DNA of 64,000 bases. Origin: an uncultured delta proteobacterium (GTDB lineage: Bacteria; Desulfobacterota; Syntrophia; Syntrophales; Smithellaceae). Position 1 is the first letter of the stretch, and every line of letters begins with the position of its first letter. Positions 44,733-64,000 of the stretch are shown here, in pieces. The stretch spans positions 9,951 through 73,950 of the forward strand of contig CAVXLI010000032.1 in the NCBI GenBank assembly GCA_963762595.1, in the 5' to 3' direction. The notes beneath the pieces are model-generated. The model was not told the DNA's origin. It did not search any database and worked only from the letters and a program-made list of their open reading frames with translations. The position numbers and the translations under genes were made by a program.

Positions 44733-44749
44733 GTTAATCAACTCCAAAC

Positions 44750-45070
44750 TTATCCGCTGTCATCTACGAAGTATAGTGTATGATAGCGTGTGGTACGGAC
44801 TTTTGTTTTCCGGTCACCTGAATGCGAATAAAAAGTCCTCGTCGGCGCAAATTCACCGAGCTTATGCCCTACCATATTCTCTGTCACATAAACCGGAATG
44901 AATTTTTTCCCGTTATGCACGGCAAACGTGTAACCAATCAGTTCCGGTGTTATGGTTGAACGCCGCGACCAAGTCTTAATGACATTCTTGCTGCCTTCGG
45001 TCTCCATTTTTCTGACTCTGGTCAGCAACCTTTCTTCAATATATGGACCTTTTTTGATCGAACGTGCCAC
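44750..45070 (-). CDS. rpsS: 30S ribosomal protein S19 (tail about 12 aa longer than usual, possibly an indel artefact)
   Basis: 106-aa ORF with [13 protein letters not shown]...[13 protein letters not shown]. Confidence 0.9.
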   Translation of the reverse strand: MARSIKKGPYIEERLLTRVRKMETEGSKNVIKTWSRRSTITPELIGYTFAVHNGKKFIPVYVTENMVGHKLGEFAPTRTFYSHSGDRKTKVRTTRYHTLYFVDDSG

Positions 45071-45076
45071 GCTTTT

Positions 45077-45899
45077 TTAACCCCTTCTCTTAACAATATA
45101 TTTATCAGTTCTCTTATTTTTTCTTGTTTTATGACCCTTTGTCGGTATGCCCCATGGCGTACAGGGATGCCGTCCACCGGAAGATTTACCTTCACCACCA
45201 CCCATCGGATGATCAACCGGATTCATAACGACACCGCGAACATGAGGTTTTTTACCCAGCCAGCGGTTTCGTCCAGCTTTGCCGATACTGATATTTTCAT
45301 GTTCGTTATTACCAACCTGCCCGATAGTCGCCATGCATTCAATAAATACTTTGCGCACTTCACCTGACGGAAGCCTTACCTGAGCGTAACTGCCTTCTTT
45401 CGCCATTAACTGACCATAAGCTCCGGCAGATCGTATTAATTGTCCGCCGCGGCCAACTTTCAATTCCACATTATGAATTAATGATCCCAAAGGAATATAT
45501 TTTAAGGGAACAGCATTGCCCGGTTTGATATCCGCCTTTTCACCACTGATTATAACATCTCCGACATTGACCTGCGCCGGTGCGACAATGTATCTTTTTT
45601 CACCATCACGATAATTGAGCAGAGCTATTCTCGCCGTCCTGTTCGGATCATATTCAATTGCGGCAACTTTAGCCGGAATATCCGTCTTGTTGCGGCAAAA
45701 ATCTATCATCCGATATTTTCTTTTATGACCACCGCCAATATAACGGGCTGTAATTCTTCCATAACTATTGCGACCACCTGTTTTCTTCAAAGGCTTCAAC
45801 AAGGCTTTTCACCGGTTCAGCAGAAGTAATTTCTGCAAAATCGGAAACACTCTGAAATCTTCTGCCCGGTGATGTCGGTTTATATTTAATAATTCCCAT
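45077..45899 (-). CDS. rplB: 50S ribosomal protein L2, one frame break
   Basis: [15 protein letters not shown] joins ORF 45077..45802. The span is 3n+1. Confidence 0.9.
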
Positions 45900-45921
45900 T
45901 TGCCTAATCCTTAAACCGTTC

Positions 45922-46210
45922 TTATACGCCTTCAGCAATTTCAATACGGTTGCCGGCTAGCTAAAGTCACGATCGCTTTTTTCCAGGAACTCTTTTGTCC
46001 CATAACCCGGCCCATTCTTTTCTTTTTTCCTAAAACGTGCATAACACGAACATCAGCAACTTTGACTTTAAAAAGTTTTTCCACCGCTGCGCTGATTTCC
46101 ACTTTATTTGCTTTACGATCAACTTCAAAAAAATATTTATTTGATTTATCCCGCGCCGCAGTGCTTTTTTCCGTAACCAATATTCTTTTAATAATCTGAT
46201 GTATTTCCAT
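45922..46210 (-). CDS. rplW: 50S ribosomal protein L23, one frame break near the C-terminus
   Basis: ORF 45941..46210 joins the tail [10 protein letters not shown] in another frame. Confidence 0.85.
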
Positions 46211-46835
46211 TATGCCAGCAATGCTCCCTCAATCTTCTTTACAGAGGGTTCAAGAAGGACTAAATGCTCATGATTCAAAATATCATAAACATTAATACCC
46301 TCTGACCTGATCATCTTAACGTTTTTTATATTCCGCGATGATTTCAGCAAAACTATCATTATTATCATCTAAAACAAAAAGCGCTTTTTTCAGACTCGAA
46401 AAGATCAACAACATTTTTAAATATCCGGGTACTGATTTTTTCCATCGGAAAATCTTTCAGTATCAGCATTTTATCTTCTTTGAATTTCATGCTCAGCGCG
46501 GAGATCAAAGCTTTTTTACGTACTTTTTTCGGTATGCTGTAGGAATAATCCCGGGGATGAGGTCCAAAAACAATTCCTCCGCCTCGCCAAATAGGTGATC
46601 TTGTCGTTCCCGCTCTGGCTCGTCCTGTTCCTTTTTGCCGCCAGGGCTTTTTCCCGCCGCCGCTGACATCGCTTCTGGTTTTGGTGGAAGCAGTGCCGGA
46701 ACGTCGTGACGCCAATTGCATTTTGACAACATCATATATAACTGCTTCATTGACTTCAGCGCCAAATACGGCATCATTCAACTCAACTTGAGCAACTTTC
46801 TTTTTTTCAATATTAAAAACATCTGCAACTGCCAT
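46210..46835 (-). CDS. rplD: 50S ribosomal protein L4, frame broken
   Basis: ORF 46365..46835 joins the C-terminal piece ending LEPSVKKIEGALLA. The stop overlaps the rplW start. Confidence 0.85.
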
Positions 46836-46856
46836 GTTTATAACTCCAGATGTGAC

Positions 46857-47492
46857 TTAAGCACTTTTTTTCTTGGCTTGTTTAATTAATACAAAACCAT
46901 TTTTACTGCCGGGAATCGAACCTTTTAACAAAAGCAAATTTCTATCGGAACGAACTTGCCATACTTGCAAATTCTGGATGGTTTTACGAACATTGCCCAT
47001 ATGACCGCCCATTTTTGTTCCTTTAAATACACGCGACGGATCGGCGCTGGCACCAATGGAACCCGGGCGCCCGATGAAACATGGAACCGTGCGTCGCCCT
47101 GCCGCCGCCAAAACCGTGTCTTTTAACAACACCCTGGAAATCCTTTTCCTTTTGATGTTCCGACAACATCGACAAAATCACCGGCTTTAAATATATCTGC
47201 TGTAATTTCCTGTCCGACTTCATACTTTCCTGCTTGTGCAGGAAATTCTTTGAGAAAACGGAAAAAACCCTTTATTTGCTTTATTAAAATGACCCTGCAG
47301 AGGCTTGGTTACATTTTTCTGCTTTATTCGGCCATAACCAAGCTGAATGGCATCATAACCATCTTTATCTTTCGTTTTTACCTGAACGACAACGGACGGC
47401 TCAACTTCAATAGCAGTAACACCAACGGCGGCTCCGTCATCGGCAAATACTTGAGTCATTCCCAATTTTTTTCCAATTATTCCCTTGTTCAT
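46857..47492 (-). CDS. rplC: 50S ribosomal protein L3, frame broken
   Basis: ORFs 47220..47492 ([16 protein letters not shown]), 47023..47223 and 46857..47132. Confidence 0.9.
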
Positions 47493-47589
47493 CTATCATC
47501 CAACTTTTTAATAAATATAAAGCCAATAATCCACATTTTGAAGAATGGCGGTAATCCATTACCATCTTCCAACACTCTAAAACTAATGC

Positions 47590-47898
47590 CTACGCTTTTA
47601 TTTCCACATCCACTCCGGCGGAAAGATCCAATTTCATCAAAGCATCCACTGTGGCTTGCGTAGGCTCGACAATATCAATCAATCTTTTATGTGTTCTGAT
47701 TTCAAACTGCTCGCGGGATTTTTTATCCACATGCGGTGAGCGATTTACGCAATACTTATTGATTTCCGTAGGAATAGGAATAGGACCGGCAACACGTGCG
47801 CCTGTCCTTTTTGCTGTTTCCACTATTTCTTCTACAGAACGATCCAATAGTTTATAATCGTAAGCTTTGAGACGAATTCTAATCTTTTGTTCTTTCAT
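47590..47898 (-). CDS. rpsJ: 30S ribosomal protein S10
   Basis: Intact 102-aa ORF. Confidence 0.95.
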   Translation of the reverse strand: MKEQKIRIRLKAYDYKLLDRSVEEIVETAKRTGARVAGPIPIPTEINKYCVNRSPHVDKKSREQFEIRTHKRLIDIVEPTQATVDALMKLDLSAGVDVEIKA

Positions 47899-47923
47899 TG
47901 ATCGGATAACCTATTCCCTGTTT

Positions 47924-49119
47924 CTATTCAATAATCTTGCTTACGACTCCAGCACCTACTGTTCTTCCACCTTCACGAATAGCGAATCTCAGTTGCTCTT
48001 CCATGGCAATGGGCGTAATCAACTCTATCGTCATTTTAACATTATCACCGGGCATAACCATTTCCACACCTTCGGGCAGCGTTGCCACTCCGGTCACGTC
48101 AGTTGTACGGAAATAAAACTGCGGACGGTAACCGGAGAAGAACGGTGTATGACTGCCGCCTTCTTCCTTGGTCAAAACGTAAACAGCCGCTTCAAATTTT
48201 GTATGCGGAGTAATGGAACCGGGCTTGGCAACAACCTGTCCTCTTTCCACTTCTTCACGTTTGATACCTCGAATCAAGCAAACCGACATCATCGCCGGCA
48301 CGACCTTCATCAAGAGTTTTACGGAACATTTCCACACCGGTAACAACCGTTTTAATGGTTGGTCTAATTCCGATGATTTCCACTTCTTCGCCAACCTTGA
48401 CAATACCTCTGTCCACTCTGCCTGTAACAACAGTGCCACGACCGGAAATGGTGAAAACATCACCGACCGGCATCAGGAAAGGTTTATCTGTATCACGTTT
48501 AGGTTCGGGAATGTAGTTATCTACGGCATCCATAAGTTCCCAAATGCATTTGACATCGGGAGAATTAGGATCCTCGGCTTCCAAAGCTTTCAGCGCTGAA
48601 CCGCGAATAATGGGAATTTTATCACCGGGAAATTCATATTGAGTTAAAAGTTCTCTTAATTCAAGTTCGACAAGGTCGAGAAGTTCAGGATCATCAACCA
48701 AATCCACTTTATTGAAGATAAACGACAATGTAAGGAACCTGAACCTGTCGGGCAAGGAGGATATGTTCTCTGGTTTGAGGCATCGGACCATCGGAGGCGG
48801 CAACAACAAGGATAGTTCCATCCATATGAGCAGCGCCGGAAATCATATTTTTAATATAGTCGGCGTGACCGGGACAATCCACGTGAGCGTAATGTCTTTT
48901 TTCCGTTTCATATTCCACGTGGGAAATATTGATCGTAACTCCTCTTTCTTTTTCTTCGGGAGCATTATCAATAGAATCGAAAGGTCGAAATTCCGCAAAA
49001 CCTTTCTTCGCCAGATGTTTGGTAATTGCTGCTGTTAATGTTGTCTTACCGTGATCAACGTGACCGATTGTTCCGATATTTAAATGCGGCTTAGTCCTTT
49101 CAAATTTTTTCTTTGCCAT
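47924..49119 (-). CDS. tuf: elongation factor Tu, two frame breaks
   Basis: ORFs 48709..49119 ([18 protein letters not shown]), 48255..48821 and 47924..48463. Together they reconstruct a full-length EF-Tu. Confidence 0.95.
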
Positions 49120-49189
49120 GTCACATTTACCTCCTTAACTTTGAATGGTTATTTTCTTGTCGTTTAAGTATTATTTCCTTATTTAATTA

Positions 49190-49662
<473 letters not shown>

Positions 49663-49676
49663 TTAACTATCTCCGT

Positions 49677-50048
49677 CTAACTTGGCTTTTTAGCCCCGTA
49701 TTTTGATCTACTCTGTTTGCGATCTTGAACACCCACAGTATCAAGCGTACCTCTGACAATATGATATCTTACACCGGGCAAATCCTTAACCCTACCTCCG
49801 CGCACCAGAACAACGGAATGCTCCTGCAGATTATGACCGATACCCGGAATGTATGAAGAGACTTCATAACCGCTGGTAAGACGAACTCTGGCCACTTTAC
49901 GCAGGGCTGAATTCGGCTTTTTGGGTGTTGTCGTATATACCCTGACACAAACACCGCGACGTTGCGGCGAACCTGCCAGTGCCGGTGTATTTGTTTTCTT
50001 TTGTATTTTGATTCTGCCTTTCCGAACCAATTGACTAATTGTCGGCAT
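49677..50048 (-). CDS. rpsL: 30S ribosomal protein S12
   Basis: Intact 123-aa ORF beginning [12 protein letters not shown]. Confidence 0.95.
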   Translation of the reverse strand: MPTISQLVRKGRIKIQKKTNTPALAGSPQRRGVCVRVYTTTPKKPNSALRKVARVRLTSGYEVSSYIPGIGHNLQEHSVVLVRGGRVKDLPGVRYHIVRGTLDTVGVQDRKQSRSKYGAKKPS

Positions 50049-50161
50049 TTTTCCTCCAAAACTAAATCACTTCTTCTGCTATTTTTATCAACAGCAGCAA
50101 ATCGGTGGTTACTATCAATTCAACCTTATATATGTCAAGCATTTTCTGAACTTTTTTTAAT

Positions 50162-54309
<4,148 letters not shown>

Positions 54310-54341
54310 TTACATACTTATATAAAGCTGCCTTAATCTTA

Positions 54342-58493
<4,152 letters not shown>

Positions 58494-58524
58494 CCTTAAA
58501 ATAAAATATTTGTTAGAGATTAAG

Positions 58525-58913
58525 TTATTTAATCTCGACGGTTCCACCAACTTCTTCAATTTTCTTCTTGATATCGGCGGCTTCATCTTTGGAAACGCCT
58601 TCTTTAATAGGCTTGGGCACACCTTCCACCAAATCTTTTGCTTCTTTCAGTCCCAAATCCGGTAATCGCCCGAACAACTTTGATTACCTGAATTTTTTCC
58701 GCACCAAAACCGGTGAGGATGGCATTAAATTCGGTTTTCTCTTCAGCCGCAGCGGCAGGAGCGGCACCACCGAACAGCAACCGCCGCCATCATCGGAGCA
58801 GCAGCGGAAACACCAAATTTTTCTTCCAATTCTTTCACCAGAGCGGAAAGCTCCAGTACGGTCATTTCTTCAATAAATTTGACGACATCTTCTTTAGTAA
58901 TTTTATCTGACAT
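58525..58913 (-). CDS. rplL: 50S ribosomal protein L7/L12, frame broken
   Basis: [35 protein letters not shown] ... tail ...VGGTVEIK from my own translation. Confidence 0.85.
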
Positions 58914-58942
58914 TTTTCTATTCCTCTTTTCTGTATGTTTTA

Positions 58943-59468
58943 TTAGTTTAAAGTTTTTTTCTTATCACAATAGGCATTGAGCACTTGCACAAAGCTTCTC
59001 GGAACACCGCTTAAAACGGTCACGAACGATGTCGGCACCGCCGCCATAACCGAAACTAATTTGCCCAAAAGAACCTCTCTGCTGGGTAATTCCGCCAGAA
59101 CGGTAAGATCACCCTTGGTTAAAAGCTTGCCATCCAGCACACCGATTTTGATTTCCAGTTCCGGATTTTTTTTGGCAAAATCAATCAGAACTTTTGTCGG
59201 TTCCACCGGATCTTTATAGCTTAACACAACGGCAACAGGCCATTTGAAATGATCGGCAAGAATACTGAAATCGGTTTCTTTTGAGGCAATTCCCAAAAGA
59301 GTGTTTTTTACAACCTTCACATTCAGCATTGGACTTGCGCAACGCATTTCTCAAAGCTTCCATTTTCTCGACGTTCATCCCGCTGAAACTGGTCAAAACG
59401 CCTAGTTTGGCTTCTTTGAGTTTCTCTTGCAGTTCGGATACAATTTGCTCTTTCGTTCTCCGATCCAA
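58943..59468 (-). CDS. rplJ: 50S ribosomal protein L10, one frame break, TTG start
   Basis: ORFs 59214..59468 and 58943..59347. The ribosome-binding site is GGAGG. The span is 3n+1. Confidence 0.9.
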
Positions 59469-59703
59469 TTTATCAGCCTCCTTTCCAAAATTATTTTATT
59501 TCCTGAGGCCGGAGAATATAGCCACATACAGAACAAAAACGGCATATCTTACCTAACTCCGATTCCCGTTTTCCAAAAATTGTTTACCTTAAAAAATAAA
59601 GTAACTATTTTCATTCTACGAGTCTCGGCAGGCCGCTTTACGTTTAAACTTCTGTACCTGCTGTCTTCGACCTTATTACTAAAACAATTAACTCCTCTTT
59701 ATA
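59469..59703 (-). promoter_or_regulatory. long untranslated leader upstream of rplJ (position of the L10 autoregulatory leader)
   Basis: A 235-nt non-coding spacer lies between rplA and rplJ. The assignment is by position only. I did not verify the structure. Confidence 0.3.
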
Positions 59704-60403
59704 TTAAACAGCCTTAATATCGAGAGGATCAATTCTCACACCCGCACCCATTGTGCTGGAAAGAGAAATACTCTTAATATAAATTCCCTTGCTGGATGCC
59801 GGTTTTAATTTGATAATTGTTTCCAGTAAAGCGCTGACATTTTCGCTTAATTTTTCAGCGCCAAAGGAAACTTTGCCCACCGGAGAGTGAACGATTCCCG
59901 CTTTTTCCACGCGGAATTCAACTTTACCCGCTTTCAGTTCTTTTACCGCATTGGCCACTTCAAAAGTTACCGTTCCTACTTTGGGATTGGGCATCAAACC
60001 GCGCGGACCTAAAATCTTACCGATCTTTCCCACGGAACCCATCATATCCGGCGTGGCGATAACCCGATCAAACTCCATCCAGCCGCCTTTGATTTTTTCA
60101 ATGACTTCGTCATTGCCGACTAAATCCGCGCCGGCTTCCAGAGCTTCTTTTTCCTTTTCACCTTTGGCAAATACCAAAACGCGTACCGTTTTGCCCAAAC
60201 CATTGGGTAAAACCACACTGCCCCGAACCATTTGATCGGCATGAGCGGGATTAACACCCAAACGAACGGCAGCATCCACCGTTTCGTCAAATTTTGGCGC
60301 CGGCCATTGATACAACCATTTCCGCAGCCTCTTTAAGTGTGTAGCGCTTACTCGGCTCAACTTTTGCTTTTGCTGCTAATATGCGTTTGCCTCTTCTTAA
60401 CAT
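59704..60403 (-). CDS. rplA: 50S ribosomal protein L1, one frame break
   Basis: [26 protein letters not shown] joins ORF 59704..60360. The span is 3n+1. Confidence 0.9.
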
Positions 60404-60421
60404 GATAAAACCTCGTCTTTA

Positions 60422-60847
60422 TTAACCTGCAATTTCAATTCCCATTGACCTTGCCGTACCGGCAATTATCTTTATCGCGCCTTCAATATTCACGGCATTT
60501 AAATCTTTAAATTTTAATTCGGCAATTTCCTTCACCTGCTTGGCCGTAACCGTTCCCACTTTTTCTCTTTTCGGATCGCTGGCTCCTTTGGCAATTTTAG
60601 CCGCTTGCTTGAGCAACACGGATGCCGGCGGTGTTTTGGTTATAAATGTAAATGACCTGTCCGCATAAACGGTAATCACGACAGGAATAATCATTCCTTC
60701 CTGATTTTGCGTCATCGCATTATACGCCTTGCAAAATTCCATAATGTTGACGCCATGCTGTCCCAACGCCGGACCGATCGGAGGCGAAGGAGTCGCCTTG
60801 CCTGCCTTTATCTGTAATTTTATGTTCGCAATAATTTTTTTTGCCAT
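60422..60847 (-). CDS. rplK: 50S ribosomal protein L11
   Basis: Intact 141-aa ORF with [25 protein letters not shown]. Confidence 0.95.
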   Translation of the reverse strand: MAKKIIANIKLQIKAGKATPSPPIGPALGQHGVNIMEFCKAYNAMTQNQEGMIIPVVITVYADRSFTFITKTPPASVLLKQAAKIAKGASDPKREKVGTVTAKQVKEIAELKFKDLNAVNIEGAIKIIAGTARSMGIEIAG

Positions 60848-60905
60848 AATGAATCACCCTGATCTATAAATTTTTTAAGCTTTCGCTTAGCTGCATTATA
60901 ATATA

Positions 60906-61436
60906 TTAACCTTGCGTTACCTGAATGAAATCCAATTCCACCGGTGTCGGCCGGCCAAAAATGCTCACGATAACCCTCAGTTTGCTTTTTTCCGGTTTTA
61001 CTTCGTCAATGACTCCGTCAAAATTGGTAAACGGCCCATCAATGATTTTTACATGATCACCGACATCGAATTTAAATTTAGGTTTGGGCTTTAAAGTTCC
61101 TTCATCAATTCTGATTTTTAAATTTTCTACATCTTTGTCCGGTATGGGCGAAGGTTTATCTTTACTGCCGATAAAACCGGTAACTTTAGGCGTATTTTTT
61201 ACAATGTGCCAGGTCTCATCACTCATTTCCATCCGGACAAGAATATATCCGGGGAAAAACTTGCGTTTGGAAGTTTTCTTTTCTCCCGAAATCAATTCCA
61301 CAACATCTTCTTCAGGAATAAGAATATCGGAAAAATAATCCTGTGCGCCGGCCATCTCAATTCTTTCCTGCAGGCTCATTTTTACCTTATTCTCATATCC
61401 GGAATAAGTATGAACAACGTACCATTTAAAAGCCAT
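60906..61436 (-). CDS. nusG: transcription termination/antitermination protein NusG
   Basis: Intact 176-aa ORF with [14 protein letters not shown] and the KOW motif [18 protein letters not shown]. Confidence 0.95.
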   Translation of the reverse strand: MAFKWYVVHTYSGYENKVKMSLQERIEMAGAQDYFSDILIPEEDVVELISGEKKTSKRKFFPGYILVRMEMSDETWHIVKNTPKVTGFIGSKDKPSPIPDKDVENLKIRIDEGTLKPKPKFKFDVGDHVKIIDGPFTNFDGVIDEVKPEKSKLRVIVSIFGRPTPVELDFIQVTQG

Positions 61437-61440
61437 TTTG

Positions 61441-61646
61441 CTAACCTAAAATAAATTTAACCAGTTTAGCGAGAACAAAATCAATTATACCCAAGATAAA
61501 TCGCTACAATAAAAACAATAATTATAACAACCGCGGTAGAAGCCAAAGTCTGCTTCGGAGTCGGCCAGGTAACCTTCTTCAGCTCCGTCTTAGCTTCGTT
61601 AAGAAATTGAATTACTTTTTGAAATATTACTTTTGATTTTTTCCAT
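61441..61646 (-). CDS. secE: preprotein translocase subunit SecE, frame broken
   Basis: MEKIKSN.. then FLNEAKTELKKVTWPTPKQTLASTAVVIIIVFIVAIYLGIIDFVLAKLVKFILG in another frame. Confidence 0.8.
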
Positions 61647-61676
61647 ATTCTTCAAAATCCTTATACCAAGAGAAAA

Positions 61677-61753
61677 TGGCAGGCCAGGAGGGACTTGAAC
61701 CCCCAGCATCCGGATTTGGAGTCCGGCGCTCTATCCATTAGAGCTACTGGCCT
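61677..61753 (-). tRNA. tRNA-Trp (CCA)
   Basis: The reverse complement folds as a cloverleaf. The acceptor is AGGCCAG/CTGGCCT, the anticodon loop is CTCCAAA, and the 3' CCA is encoded. Confidence 0.9.
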
Positions 61754-61766
61754 ATACCAATATCAG

Positions 61767-61916
61767 CTATTTTGTTTCCCTATGCAGTTTATGCCCCCGG
61801 CAAAACTTGCAGTATTTTTTCATTTCCAGACGGTTTTGCATGGTGCGCTTATTTTTTGTCGTCGTATAATTTCTTTGCTTGCATTCCGTGCAAGCCAAAA
61901 TAATATTATTTCGCAT
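61767..61916 (-). CDS. rpmG: 50S ribosomal protein L33
   Basis: My own translation gives [49 protein letters not shown] and a stop. Confidence 0.9.
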   Translation of the reverse strand: MRNNIILACTECKQRNYTTTKNKRTMQNRLEMKKYCKFCRGHKLHRETK

Positions 61917-61929
61917 AACTCTCCTTAAC

Positions 61930-62005
61930 TGGAGCCCACGACCAGGATTGAACTGGTGACCTCATCCTTACCAAGGATGTGCTCTACCAACTGAGCTACG
62001 TGGGC
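61930..62005 (-). tRNA. tRNA-Thr (GGT)
   Basis: The acceptor is GCCCACG/CGTGGGC, the anticodon loop is TTGGTAA, and the CCA is encoded. Confidence 0.9.
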
Positions 62006-62044
62006 ACAATCTTTTAGACTTCTGCCCGTATTTTATGAAATACC

Positions 62045-62120
62045 TGGAGCGGGAAACGGGATTCGAACCCGCGACCCTCAGCTTGGAAGGCTGACGCTCT
62101 AGCCACTGAGCTACTCCCGC
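62045..62120 (-). tRNA. tRNA-Gly (TCC)
   Basis: The acceptor is GCGGGAG/(T)TCCCGC, the anticodon loop is CTTCCAA, and the CCA is encoded. Confidence 0.9.
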
Positions 62121-62143
62121 TTATTTCAACTTCAAAAAATCCC

Positions 62144-62228
62144 TGGTGGAGGGGGGAGGATTCGAACCTCCGTAGGCTCCGCCGGCAGATTTACAGTCTG
62201 CTCCCTTTGGCCGCTCGGGAACCCCTCC
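62144..62228 (-). tRNA. tRNA-Tyr (GTA), long variable arm
   Basis: It is 85 nt long. The acceptor is GGAGGGG/CCCCTCC, the anticodon loop is CTGTAAA, and the CCA is encoded. Confidence 0.9.
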
Positions 62229-62246
62229 AGTATATAATAGCCAAAC

Positions 62247-62322
62247 TGGAGCTGGCGATGGGACTCGAACCCGCAACCTGCTGATTACAAATCAGCTGCT
62301 CTACCGATTGAGCTACGCCAGC
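62247..62322 (-). tRNA. tRNA-Thr (TGT)
   Basis: The acceptor is GCTGGCG/CGCCAGC, the anticodon loop is TTTGTAA, and the CCA is encoded. Confidence 0.9.
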
Positions 62323-62589
62323 AAATCCCACCTTAATTTATCTTTTAATATTAAGCCACTTATGCTCCTAAACGCAAAAAAACACAACTACACCCTTAAG
62401 CGAATTGTCGAATCTAATTTTTAATGGCTGTTTTTGTCAAGTAAATTTTTAAAAAATCTTATAGATAGGCGTGAAATCTGGGCTGGCTTGATTGGTGAGT
62501 TGATGATTTTTTCCACACTTCAATTATGGAATGCGCTTTTTTGAGCAGCTGAATGGCAAAACTCATTTGCGAGCCACGGGTTCTGAATT

Positions 62590-64000
62590 TCAAAAGGGTG
62601 TATTCCCTGTCAAGTGGAGCCGCTTTTGTTCAAACTTCTTTGGCATCTCTTTACCACCAAATTTTTTTATCATTGCTTCATACTCAGTAGCAACAGCATT
62701 GAACCGTTAAGACCACTCCCGAAAAAACCAGCTCTAGCGGTGGCCATGATGAGGACATAGCTTTTGCCTCAGCAATTATGCCAGACAGCGGATCTTTGTT
62801 GCTCCGCGCCAACTGGATTTCCAACCAAATCTTCCTACTGGTCCCCATATGTCTTGTTCTCTTTGATGTCGGAGATCGGCATGCGTTAATGCAAGCATTA
62901 CTTCAAAGCGATCAAATGCTTCTTCATACTCATTGCCAAGAAAGAATAGATCATCTAAGTCTGGCTGCAAAAGTTTGAATAGGTATTCACTTCGCGGAAC
63001 ATAATGTCTTTCATGGCCTGGTAGTGGTTCGGACGGCACTTGACCTCTCCAGTTCAAGGATTGCCTCACCTAGAGACCACAATAATTCGGTTGTCTCTTC
63101 GCTTGAACGCTTCGACATAGTGTGTGTCACTAAAAGACTATGTAAATTACCATACTTTTTTGCTGCAACTGCAGCAATCCCTGCTGAGTAGGTTAATACA
63201 ATTATTGGATACCATCGTAGGCAAGCCATATTACAAGGCCACCTTCAGATTGCAAATTATCTGTTGCGCGACCTATAGCTTTCTGCAAAATTGTCTGATG
63301 TGCTTCTTCTCCCCAGTATGATAAGCAACTTGTTAATAGTTTAACATCTTGTGCTATGGCATTGTATTGCTCGAGACGTGTTGTGAACTCTTCGACGCTG
63401 TAACTGAGTCCTTGCACAGGAAACTTCTCTTTAGTAGTCTCTAGAAGATATTTCCTAACATACTGGATCGAAACATCATGGAGTTATCGTCGTTTTTGGA
63501 TCAGCAAGATACTCTTTTACCGTGCTCACCAAAGTGACTGGTTGTTGTACGGCCTCGGAAATCTCTGCGGAGGGTATAGTAATTAATACGTCTTCGTCTT
63601 TTTTATCCTCTTTTGTGAGACGCCCGAGAATTGGTGCCTGAAAAATGAAGTCGCCATCGCCATCAAACAAAGCCATAATGTGGAGTCAGGCGAGAATGAA
63701 TGTCTTTGGACACTTTCTCATATACGTAAGACATTACACCGCTTGCTGTCAAAACTCCTTCTTCGGTGGTTGCGTTTCCATCAAGTGCATCCAGAAGATG
63801 ACCTGTAAATACTGAGTGAGACGGTCTTGGACCACCCGAATCAGCCACCAACCTCATCCGCTTTCCCAGCAGTTATTCCCTGGCGAACAGGACGAAGGAG
63901 CATGTCTTTTAGGAATCTCATGCTTCCGGCAGGCATAGCACGTTGAAATATTAGGCCTCCATAACATGCATCCATTATAGAAGAGGATGTGCTTCGCACT
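62590..64000 (-). CDS. caspase (peptidase C14)-like protein with a large uncharacterised C-terminal domain. The 5' end lies outside the window, there are many frame breaks, and the 3' end is uncertain.
   Basis: The reverse strand from 64000 reads IMDACYGGLIF (catalytic-Cys context), VRQGITAGKADEV, then ORF 63663..63857 (HSVFTGHLLDALDGNATTEEGVLTASGVMSYVYEKV), 63476..63676 (FDGDGDFIFQAP), 63202..63417, 63011..63229 and 62776..63069, then further pieces down to about 62590. Confidence 0.6.

Noticed and set aside
44750-44790. A C-terminal extension of S19 (...[14 protein letters not shown]), and a similar odd tail on L6 (40239..40265)
   Set aside because: Given the indel rate, these are most likely read-through after a missed frame break near the true stop.

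Overview
The window is a composite. (1) 1-~3715 is a strongly GC-rich segment carrying four frame-broken genes: a metallophosphoesterase, a class III aminotransferase, an HDAC-family amidohydrolase and a GNAT fragment. It ends abruptly inside the GNAT gene. (2) From ~3716 to 28108 the sequence is AT-rich chromosome of a diderm bacterium whose phylum I cannot decide. It carries a 5'-nucleotidase, a CDF transporter, an epmB-efp-epmA EF-P beta-lysylation module, a full tolQ-tolR-tolA-tolB-pal-cpoB cluster, envelope lipoprotein, TPR, YibQ and Ctp genes, cysS, argC, rpsI-rplM, lptD, folC and an MBL hydrolase. (3) 28110-32850 is a small accessory patch. It holds two GC-rich structured intergenic elements, a 3'-truncated GNAT gene abutted by a convergent HARE-HTH/T5orf172 (GIY-YIG-like) gene, one strongly GC-rich acyl-CoA dehydrogenase gene in otherwise AT-rich DNA, a DUF169 gene and a small EF-Tu-domain-II-like gene. 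(4) 33044-62322 is one uninterrupted minus-strand block. Read in transcription order it runs tRNA-Thr/Tyr/Gly/Thr, rpmG, tRNA-Trp, secE-nusG-rplKAJL-rpoBC-rpsLG-tuf, then the S10, spc and alpha operons ending at rplQ. It has no fusA, no adk and only one tuf. (5) 62323-64000 holds the 3' part of a caspase (peptidase C14)-like gene with a large domain I cannot name, running off the window. On data quality, dozens of single-base frame breaks hit essential genes such as rpoB, rpoC, tuf, secY and many ribosomal protein genes, so I read them as sequencing or assembly indels rather than biology. I recognised no CRISPR array, reverse transcriptase, integrase or transposase. I did not find a complete multi-gene system that I can call novel with confidence. 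The best leads are the accessory patch at 28.1-32.9 kb and the tRNA-adjacent caspase-like gene.
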